Below, piece by piece: positions 50,876 to 61,202 of a DNA stretch of 64,000 bases. The DNA is taken from contig NC_092355.1 in assembly GCF_963676685.1 (NCBI RefSeq), forward strand, positions 11,222,001-11,286,000. Reading direction: 5' to 3'. Position numbers and translations under genes: made by a program. The notes under the pieces were generated by a model that had not been told where the DNA came from, searched no databases, and saw only the letters and a list, made by a program, of their open reading frames with translations. This stretch comes from Mytilus edulis (lineage: Eukaryota). The stretch's first letter is position 1, and the number at the start of each line of letters is the position of its first letter.

Positions 50876-52277
50876 TTAAAAAAAAATTTGATTGAGCGTT
50901 TTATCTGGTAAGTACCATTTTCTAATCATAGTTTTCAAAATATTTTCCATATATAATATACAGCTGTTGCTATACATTTGTATATCATTTTTATACTTTG
51001 CTTTTTCATAGGGCTTTTTATTCATTTTTTGGCAGAAACCTTTTACCATATATGTAGCATTTTTATAACTTTTAAATGTATGTTTACAGAAAGGTTTTAA
51101 ATGGCTTTTTCTTTTCATATACAGGTATATTTCCTGAGTATTTACAAAATACGCTTCACTGATTCTTACGGATTTAAATTGTATCGATGTACCTTTAAAC
51201 AATTGTCTAGCTTTTACTACCGGCGATTTTTTATTACGGTTTATCCTACATTTATTTAAATTTGCTTGCCTCTTTACATATGTTCTAGATTTTAACCTAC
51301 TGTTATTAATAACTCTTCTATTGAGTCTAATGTTTAAGGCTGAATCGAATTTTGATGATTGTTTCCATTGTTTTAATGATTTACACTCATTATAAACTAT
51401 GTTATAAAATTTAATAGACAACCATTTAAGACATTCGTCAGTAGATCTTGTTGCAAGATACAAAACTTTTGAAATTGATTTAATAGTCCGTTCAAGGTCG
51501 AATGACCTATATTTACTTGCCCACGTGACACTGTATGTAAACACAAGCACGTGTTGACACACTTTTTTTAACCACAAAATAATGCATGTAAACTTAGGCG
51601 CTTTTTGGCACAATATGCAGTTATCAGTACTCTTTTCATCATAAATATGATAAGATAATTTTATCACAATACATATCTCTAGAACGTATATCATTAGTAT
51701 TAATAGATATAAAAATGTCCATACATAATAGCATACATATACATATAAATTTCTTATAACAAAAACATGTGATATATAGTATACTGTTTTTCTCAAGTAC
51801 ACAGTTTGAAAAATAGCATTTTTAGAGCTATTACTATTAGGCAAAATATTAAAAACCTTTTCTGAAGCTAATCTGAGTATTGAATGTGTGCTTCTTATAT
51901 ATTTTACAAACAAATTTAACATTATTATCATTTGACAAGTCATAATTCGCTTTGAATAGAAAAGATTTGTTTTACTCAAATTTATTAAATGTAATTTATT
52001 CACTATCTTAGTACACCTTTGTTCTATATCAGAATCTTCATATTTTATTTTTACTTTTTTTCTTTTTCAGGTTAAACATTTCAAACAGGATTAACTTCAG
52101 TAGAGTTAAAGAATCTGTTGAAACTAGACCTTCAATTCTCTTCACAACTTGCTGCAATAGAATACAGCTTACATCAAATTTACAGATCAAACATTTTAGA
52201 TAGTAAATACTGGATGATATAAATAAAAACAGTGCTGTACAAACTATTTTGTGAGACATTTTAACATGGCAATGCAT
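50876..52277 (-). CDS. Extra inter-ORF reading frame of the LINE ('ORF-X'): 79 aa and 375 aa pieces joinable to ~466 aa; hydrophobic segments and a basic C-terminus; function unknown
   Basis: 396 stop-free codons (52066-50879) in very AT-rich DNA; stop is 6 nt before and in frame with the ORF2 ATG; the upstream 79-aa frame overlaps it across an A7 run (52061-52055). Confidence 0.65.
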
Positions 52278-52356
52278 TTTTTTTAATGTTTATATATAAT
52301 TTTTATTAAAAGTATTTCTATCTAAAGTTTGTGTTTTTAATATCATCATCATCAAG

Positions 52357-53027
52357 CTAGCGTCTCTTCTTTGGCTTCTTTGCATCTCTCGTTGCGTCAT
52401 GAAGATTTTCAGTTGGCGTCACAGGAGATTTTTCAACGTTTGGATTTTTATTTCTTAACTGTTTAGGCGTATCATTAATATTGTTAGTGCTGTCTTGATC
52501 TCTGCCTTTTGTTGATAGATATCTTGTTATGCTCTCTTTGTGGCCTGTGTTTTTGTTGTTCTTTGGTGTTTGACCTTGTTGTTTCTTGGACAACACACTT
52601 TGAGTTTCAAGGATTGACTGAGACTGTTCTGGATTGTTATCCGTCTTCTTACTTTCCTCGATACTCATTGACGGCTTTGTTATATTTTGGGAATTTCCTT
52701 CCTCAAGAGACTGATTGTTTTCACCTGTGCAATCATCATTGCTTTCGTCATCATCGTCATCATCATCATCATGATTTTCTTTGTTGAACGTGTTATTCAT
52801 TTCATCACCATCATCATTTACCTCACTATCAGAATTCATATTTTCTGTACATTCAAATTGTTTATGCCCAAATTGCCCACATTTTTTGCATTTCCAGCCA
52901 TTTGGACATTCTCTTGCTGTATGTCCTTCATCAAGGCACTTGCTGCATTTTGTACTTGGCCTTGTTGTATGAGGTTGACCATAATGATTTATGTTGGCCC
53001 AGTATTTCCCAACCTGCATAGTTGATG
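52357..53027 (-). CDS. LINE ORF1 C-terminal part (gag-like, two CCHC zinc knuckles), 5'-truncated
   Basis: HYGQP...CSKCLDEGHTAREC and CKKCGQFGHKQFEC (CX2CX4HX4C twice), acidic tract, basic tail KKPKKRR; frame is open up to the TSD. Confidence 0.9.
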
Positions 53028-54954
53028 CGTCTTGATTTCTTAATCATCAATATACTATTATCTTATACAATTTCCGGAACATTTTGCGGCTGGATCACTT
53101 TGTGGAATGTAATTATAGAAGTCTCGAACAGAAACAGAAATTGTCTTTAAATTGCAGTTTAGCTATAAAGTACCTTAGCTACACGTGATGTATGTTCTAT
53201 TCTTATAGAACTTGTTTACATACATTTCTAGGTAACAAGGGTATGTTTTTTTATAGAAGATAATGATTGTAAAATGCTATAAACGATCTTTACAAAAAAC
53301 GTAGTAAAATATATTTTCATTTAGTTATAATCAATGACAAATGTTAAAAATTTGAAAGCGCTTCCAAATTATAACCAGAATGCATTCAACGACGCGTAAA
53401 TCAACATCTTAAAAATAAGTAGATTTGTATCTTTATATGTGACTAAATTTTTAGGAATGCCCTGTCGGCTCTTCATTCCTATTTTGTTTTTTCGAAGCAA
53501 TAAAACATTTAAAAACTATTTCAAACGTTTGAACAGTTATTTAATTTGAGTATATGACCATGATGACATAGTGTATTAAATTTGACCATATATTTTGAAT
53601 TTGAACACTCTAAATTTTTTTGGGACCCTTTAGGATGCACTTGTGTAAATGCCTAAATTGCATATGCAGTCACTCTTCATTCAGGAAGTTTCGCAGAGAA
53701 TGTTATATTTCCCTGGAAAGGAGACATGCATTTCTTTTTTTTTTGCACTAATAAAAACATATAGCTGTGCAGCATATTTTCAAGTTGTACTGCCCTCCAT
53801 TTATACACATTGCAGGTTCGCACTGAATTGATCCATTAAATTTGACTCAACACCCAAATGTCTTCCAGTCCTCCTGAAAATTAAGTTAAATACATAGACA
53901 TTTTTATTTATATCCATTTAATTCTCAAATCAAGTCTTAATTTAAAAAAAAAAACTTTGCATCCATGGCAACAACTATGTAAACAGTAGCAGTATTTAAT
54001 GCACATTCAATTTCTCCCCAAAAGAGGCGTGACTTGCAAATCACACGTGATTTACAAAGTGCAACCTTTAATAACAAAAATACCGATTTCAGAGAAAACT
54101 TTTAAACACAAAATTCACCAGCAAATAGCAAAATCGATAGCTGAAACACATCAACAAACAACGTATAACTGTTATATTCTTAAATTGGTACAGGTAAATT
54201 ATCTTGTATAAAATGGTGGATTAAACAAGGTTTTATAGCTAGATTAAGGACTCACTTGTATGACAATTTGCAGTAGCGTAAAATTCCATTACATTGACAC
54301 CCAGGTTCCAAGGATATTGTAAAGGTCGTTACTCGGAGTTGTTTTTGTTGATTATTGTTTCACATTCGTGCTCGACCTTACGGATAATGCCTCCAATGAC
54401 AGATTCAAAACATGCTACATCTACTATCCGATTTATAATTCGAATTCTATTAATATATTTCCACTTGCCTCAAGTCAATCAGACGTAATACTTCTCTTCT
54501 ACTGTAATATCGACTACTTTTAGTTTAAAATTGGTCGCGTTAAAAATATAAATAACAATATCTACCGGCAATAAAGTAAATACCATTTCAACATTGTCAA
54601 AACAAACATAGTCTTATTTCCTTGACCTCTCGTTTGCCACACAAATATGAAAAGGATATATTAACTTCAACAAAACCTAGGGTTGGGCATGCTTAATGTT
54701 AACTTTAAATATATAAACGACTAAAAAGTGTACAAAACATCACCAATAACAGAAAATGAAACATTAAATGTAAAATATCTAAAAATATTTCGGATAACAT
54801 ATATCCTTCATCAGTAAGAATATAATGTCAAAGGAATCATAGCAATCTTCTTTGATTAAACTTTAACAATCTTGAAATGTATACAATAAAACAGTTAAAA
54901 CCTTAATTAAGATGATTGCACAATTGTAAAATATTTATAGGTAGTTATAGTATA

Positions 54955-55310
54955 TATAAAGGCAACAGAAGTATACCTCTGTTCGAAAATCATAAATCGA
55001 TTGAGAAAAAAACAATCCGGGTTACAAACTGAGGGAACACATATCAAATATAAGAGGAGATCTGCGACACAACAGAAACACAACACTAGAATTAAACACA
55101 CACATAAATGAACTATAATATAACAATGGCCATTGTTCTGACTTGGTAAAGGACATTTTAAGAAAAATATGTTGGGTTGAACCTGGTTTTTTTGGCCAGT
55201 CAAACCTCCCGCTTGTATGGCAATGTTAAATAGAACATCTAAATGTCAATATTTCATGACAGGACTACAATATAAAAAAATGAGAAAACATATAGGAAAG
55301 AGAAACACAC
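54955..55310. mobile_element. Interspersed repeat (AAGGCAACAG.AGTATACC family), related to ~12405-12680 and ~22025-22270
   Basis: Shared CAACAGAAG.ATACC..TGTT....AAATCCG.GTTACAAAC motifs; inverted pieces at ~11187-11253 and ~20800-20870. Confidence 0.6.
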
Positions 55311-55329
55311 ATTTTAGGTATCAAACTGT

Positions 55330-56200
55330 ACCACGTTTATAATTTGATTCGCCAGACGCTCGTTTCGTCTACACAAGACTAATCAGTGACGCTCAGATCA
55401 AAAAAGTTTGAAAGCCAAAAACAAATACAAAGTTGAAGAGTATTAAGAACCAGATGTTCCGAAAAGTTGGACCTTTTAAGACTAAGGTTTTCTGCCTGGG
55501 ATAAGAACAACCTTATTATTTAGAATAATTCATACTTTTGCAAACAGTAAAGGAGAAGGTCCAGTAAGACCCCTTTTTGGCAAAAAAATATAACAGTTTT
55601 ACAAAATTGTTAAAATGTTAACTTTTAGTTATTTATTGGAAAGTAGAATGTTTCTGCTACATAAATAAACATACAAAACAATGCACATATATCGGGTACT
55701 AACATCGTTAAGTCATGTTAAATTACTGAAATCGTCATAATTTTAGCATTTTAGTTAAATTTTAGACGGTTTTCGTCTTAAATGAAAGTGGCCGCATTGG
55801 TGTTCATTCCTAATATTCAAATGTAAATTGTATTTAATGATAATACATAACATAAATAAAGTCTGAGGATGAACACGGATGCGGCCACTTTCATTTTTGA
55901 CAAACAAAACATCTAAAAAGTTTATTTTTGTGGGCAAATTTGATTGATTTTTCATATTTAAACTTGAATAGGAGCGTTCTTAATGACTAAATCAGTTATA
56001 ATCTTTCATATCAACTAATTGAATCAACTGAAATAGACACTTAAGTGTTTAAAAAGTGTCCAAAATCTTTCATCAGATGAACCTGATATTTGAGGCCATA
56101 GTCGGCCCTTATTGGGCTTACTCCTTTATAAAAATGGCTATATTATAGATATACATGATAATACCGAAGTGGTGACTAACTACAGAATAAAACCGAATGC
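55330..56200 (-). mobile_element. Retrozyme-like monomer with a mutated hammerhead (55351-55395), interrupted by a MITE
   Basis: Minus GCGTCA-CTGATTA-GTCT(TGTGT)AGAC-GAAA-CGAGCG-TC-TGGCG; the sequence resumes after 56125 (ACCGAAGTG.TGACTA matches the reverse complement of 9085-9102). Confidence 0.6.
55552..56124. mobile_element. MITE with imperfect TIRs, TTAA-like flanks (Kolobok-like)
   Basis: TAAA|GGAGAAGGTCCAGTAAG ... CTTATTGGGCTTACTCC|TTTA; internal inverted repeat AAATGAAAGTGGCCGCAT (~55779) / ATGCGGCCACTTTCATTT (~55879). Confidence 0.65.
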
Positions 56201-57014
56201 ATAAAACAACCAAAACCAGCACATAAAAATTCCCAGCCGAGTCAGCGAAAGAGATCGACGCAACAAGTGACGTCATATTTGAATTTCTAAAAATTTGAAA
56301 AAAAAGATAGAATTAGGATGGAATTCAAGATTAGTAGATTTGGACATGCGTAATGTTACTTTATATATGGTATATATTTAAAATTGTGAGACGAAATTAA
56401 AAGAAAACAAACAGAAACATTAAAAAACAAAAATACATTTACATATAGTATCAACACAACAAATTAACACGACAAAACGATTTTAGAGTACTCACATGCT
56501 TCAAATAGTAATGTGCGATAATAACAAGTACAATTATTCTAAAATTTAAAAGGTGACGAAAGCTACAATGTTACAATAATGAATGCGTGCGTAGAGATTC
56601 CCAATGAATAGCACTGACCCATCTAAGCTTGTATTATATTGGAAATTGAACTGGGGTAGTAAAATAATAACAGAGTCTGCTTTTTTAAATATCCCAAATA
56701 AATAGCAGTTTTAAATTGATAATAACAAATTATAATAAATGTTGAAAAAAGTTGAATAGTTGAACGACATTTGTGTTTAGCATTGAACAGTGAAATATGA
56801 GACCATATTTATTTTCTGACATTGAAAAAAATTAAATATAATACAGAGCGTTCTAGAGCATTATTTGTTTAATAAAATATTGTTTTAGAAACTGTCGATC
56901 AAAGGACGACAATCCAAATAAGCACGTAAAATAATATATCAAACCGAATAGCAATAAAAAGTAAACATAGGTTACACACTTTTGAGAAGTAAAGTAATGT
57001 ATTAAGATAAAACA

Positions 57015-58585
57015 TATAAGCTCTCTTATACATCTGTTAGAGATCCCAAGCTTATCTCAAATGCATTTGAATAAGAAAGGGCACTGCTTTGCATATCATA
57101 ATATGATTACGGTCGAATCTACATTTGGTTGAGCAATTGTACAGCTTATCATTCACCTACTTGAGTTGTAAATTCTATGTACTTCAAGTTTCACTTGTGT
57201 TATGAATGAGTAGGGGCACAGCTTTGCATACCAGAATATAGTTCCAGTCTAATCTACATGTTATTGAATGCTACAGCTTCTAACTCATCCGACTGAGTTA
57301 TAAGTGCTACAAAATTAAGTATGTGTATTTAATTTTGTTATAAAAATATACTTAGTGCTAAGCAATAAGAATGTATCTTGTGTAATGCTTTACGAATTGA
57401 GTACCAATACACCTACTCATTCGTGTGATTGAGAATGGATACATCATATGTGTCTGTATGGCTTTGGGTGAAGCTTTCTTAAACATCTGCTAGAGATCCC
57501 AAGCTTGTCGCAAAAGCATCTGAATAAGTAAGGGCACTGTTTAGCATATCAGAAGATGGTTCCAGTCGAATCTACATTTGGTAGAGTAATTGCATAGCTT
57601 CTCATTCGTCTGATTGTGTTGTAAATTTTATGTTATTCAAGTTTCCCTTGTGTTATGTTTTAAGAAAGTACTTAGTGCTATGCTATAAGAATGTACATGT
57701 TGATGTGCTACAACAGGGCTACAGTTTCTCAATCATCTGCCCGATATCCCAAGCTTGACTCAAATGCATCTGAATGAGTAGGGGCACAGCTTTAATATCA
57801 CAATATAGTTCCAGTCTAATCTACATTTGATTGAGTAAGTATACTTCTTCTAACTCATCCGATTGAGTACCAAGTGCTACAAAATTACATGTAATTAAAT
57901 GTCTTTAGTTTTGTTATAAAAAATATACTAAGTACTATGGTATAAGAATGTATCTTGTGTAATGCTTTACGAATTGAGTAAGATTACACCTTCTCATACA
58001 TGTGATTGAGAATGGATACATCATATGCGTCTGTATGGCTTAGGCTGAAGCTTTCTTATATATCTGCTAGAGATCCCAAGCTTTTCTCAAATGCAACTGA
58101 ATAAGTATTATCGCGACGCGGGTAAATAATCACGTTGTGATTGGTTTAACGCCGTCACTTGGTGACCCCTATGAGACCGTATGTGGTTTGTACATTTCAT
58201 AGGGGGTTCATGACGCGTTAATGGCGACGTCATCCATTAATGTTGTTGTGTTTCATTGTTTATTTTTCAACAAAACGCAGCAGAAAAAGTCTAGCGTAAG
58301 ATAAATTCGTAGAGAGTGAATAAAATCCATAGGAGACTCGGCCTCCGGCCTCACCCCCTATGGATTTAACTAACCCTCTACGCAAACCATATAACTTATA
58401 AGGGCACGGCTTGCATATCAGAATATGGTTCCAGTCGAATCTACATTTTGTAGAGTAATTGTACAGCTTCTCATTCATCTCATTGATGAGTTGTAAATTC
58501 TATGTTATTCGAGTTTCCCTTGTGTAATGTTTTAAAAAGTACTTAGTGCTATGCTATAAGAATGTACATGATGATGTGCTACAAC
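57015..58585. repeat. Degenerate higher-order tandem array (A-B dimer ~577 bp, about 2.5 copies)
   Basis: ATCCCAAGCTT at ~57043, 57496, 57746, 58073; AATCTACAT at ~57116, 57251, 57569, 57818, 58438. Confidence 0.85.
58108..58397. mobile_element. ~290 bp CpG-richer insertion at a TA site within the array
   Basis: Splits the array motif GAATAAG-TA-AGGGCAC, with TA on both sides. Confidence 0.65.
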
Positions 58586-58708
58586 AACATGTTATACATG
58601 ACACCTACGATTGCAATAAAGAATGACAAAAATAAACACGCAGGCAGGTTAATGCAGTTTTAAAAAAAATTAGCAATGATTTTCGGTGTTTGCATCGCAA
58701 TCTAAATC

Positions 58709-58878
58709 TGACGTCATTTTCCTAATTATTCGACACGTGATTGGCTAGAACGTTTCGTCGACGTCAAATTTGATCTTGTCACCAACAGCTGATCGGGCAC
58801 CTTGTTATGATAAAAGTCAATGTCTTCAGTTCGACAACAGCACGTTAATATAGATGTGGGTTGCTTATATTTTGAGGT
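58709..58878 (+). promoter_or_regulatory. Promoter-like motif cluster followed by a splice donor
   Basis: CRE TGACGTCA 58709-58716, E-box CACGTG 58734-58739 abutting ATTGG (inverted CCAAT), GACGTCA ~58760, GAG/GTACGT at 58877. Confidence 0.3.
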
Positions 58879-61003
58879 ACGTTAGTTTTAAATTAGTTTA
58901 GCCTTCTTCCGAGGATATTGGATATTCATTTCATTCCCGATTATGAATGTTGTCTGAAGAGAAAGCTGCATGTTTACTTAAAAAATGTGGTTATTTACAA
59001 GTTTCGCTGTCAACATGATGTAGGCAGTCTGTTGAAACTTCCTTTGAATTAATTTTTCACGTTAACACTATTTTACTCGCTTATAAACAATCCAATCTTT
59101 ATTGACTATTGACTTTATAAATATAATTTCACGTCGACAGTTTGCAGACTGACCAGGGATGCATTCATGCGGGGATCTCAGTGGTCAGAAACCATGATCA
59201 ACCATGCAACGAAAGGAGAAGAATTTGTTAAAATGTCCGAACAACATGCCGGCTGAGGCCCGCCACTTTCACCTATGCCTTTATCCCTCACCCCTTAATA
59301 ATTAGTCTCGTATGCAAACACCTTAACATTTTCTTTAAATATCTATCAGGTATATTTGTACCTGAATCTTAAATCGATCGCATGTTAAATCATTTCTTAT
59401 TCCAATTTATAACATATTGTAGAAGTAAAACAAAGAATTATTCAAAATATATGCTCTGTGCATCATACTTATGCCTCAGTCTGTATTTAATAACATTGTG
59501 TATAAAGCATTCACATTAGATGTTATATGTGAGAAATAGTATTTATTATCATGGCCATAATCTATTAACAACTTAAAGTTTTCATTTATGGTTTTAAATC
59601 TGATGCTAAGTCATTATAGTGTTATTTTAAATCATCCTTTTTTAGTGTACATTTGAATTTTTTGTCTTTATTAATTTTGTGTTCTTATCTTTTTTTTATT
59701 ATATAGACATAAGATTAAATTAAATATGTACTTTTAATATTGATTATTATATGCATGAAAAGAAAGTGAAATCAATGTTTTTTAGATAAAAGCTTGATGA
59801 TATAGCAAAAATATAACAGTGCTGAATATGAAAACCCCATGCCATGTCACATGTAACTTATGGAATGCAGAGATTTTCAGTATTACAATAAAAGGAAGGA
59901 TTTCATTACTGTTAAAACTGACTCTGGAACATTCAAGACAACGAAATAAAGAAATAAAAACATAAGAGGAAATGACTGTGCACTTCTTTTTTGAAGGATC
60001 AACACACAAAAGGAAATATTCATATCAGTATGAATCATGTGCAGTAGTTGAGATAATTTTGGATATATAGATAAAACTGTGAACTAAGTGATAATTTTAG
60101 TTCAAACATCATATGTGGTACCTTACTGGTATATATATATATTGTAATTCACAACATTTTACATGGGAATATTCTTTGCATGATACATGTGAAATTAAAA
60201 AAGACAAGTATAGGAATAAAGAATTATCTATTACAACATTATCATATGAAAACCAGCAGGATGAGATGTCTACATTTATTATGGATTATGGAAACCCACA
60301 AGAAAGTATTGTATGGATTGTAATTATCAGTTTTAATTCAAAGTGACATATGCAATGCTTTTTGTTTTAATTTTGAGAAAACTATTTGTAATGAATTACT
60401 CATAATGACCTCAATGCTTTCACATGCATACAACTTTATTGAATAAACAAATATTTTTATCTCAAGGAAATTACTTTTTTTAATGTTTTTTTTTTTCTAT
60501 AACAATTTACTGTTTTATACTGAAAAGACTGCAATGAATGAATGATGCATGTTCAACAAACGAACATAGTACAAATTCTTGCTTACATGCAGCTGATATA
60601 GTTTTAAAAAAGGACCCCTTCACACATGTTATGTGACAGTTATTGATCCTAATAATTCAGTGAACTAATTAAAAATGATTTTAAATAAAAACATTTAAAA
60701 AACTTTAACAGGGCTGAGCAGATTACTAGTATTTCTCATAAAACATGAGTTTGATGGAAGGGGCTCCATGCTACCATGGACTGGTGCTTGTTAAAGTATT
60801 TTTCCCTATCAGGAGAATCATATTATTTTAGAAATACTGGTTAGCCGTTCGTCATCACGTTATTTTACTCTCGATTTTACTATTTATGTCAAACCTTGGT
60901 AATGTAAAAGGCGTTAAGACCCAATGATAATCAAATTTAAGAAAGTAAGCAAGATACTTTTATTTACAATCGACACATATGACACACATGTGCAGTTAGA
61001 AAT

Positions 61004-61202
61004 GAGGGGGATAGGACCTTTATCGGGACTCCGGGATCGGATGTTTTTAAGCTCGGGATTTCGGGATTGACCCTTTCGGGATCCGGGAATCCTTTTTTTC
61101 GGATTTCGGGATGTCGGGATTTGCTTTATTTAAATTCGGGACCTCGGGATTTCGTTTTTTCAAGTCCGGGATTTCGGGATCAAGACCCCTCCTATCCCCC
61201 TC
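61004..61202. mobile_element. 199-bp MITE with perfect 13-bp TIRs and a 6-bp TSD
   Basis: AGAAAT|GAGGGGGATAGGA...TCCTATCCCCCTC|AGAAAT; interior has many (T/C)CGGGA(T/C) repeats. Confidence 0.9.

Larger units (their letters stand above)
45991..53027 (-). mobile_element. 5'-truncated non-LTR retrotransposon, L1/Tx1 clade (~7.04 kb)
   Basis: 14-bp TSD CGTCTTGATTTCTT (45977-45990, 53028-53041); poly(A) tail (T run to 46003) with AATAAA at 46024-46019; ~1 kb 3' UTR; CCHC ORF1; APE-RT-CCHC ORF2. Confidence 0.97.

Noticed and set aside
47660-53025. Plus-strand ORFs overlapping the LINE (47660, 48824, 50586, 52509, 52687, 52781)
   Set aside because: Antisense shadows of the minus-strand coding frames.
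54330-54600. Minus-strand string DIVIYIFNATN...IINRIVD resembling a dynamin-like GTPase G4 region
   Set aside because: Contains stops, and no P-loop or DxxG motif was found nearby; too weak without a homology search.
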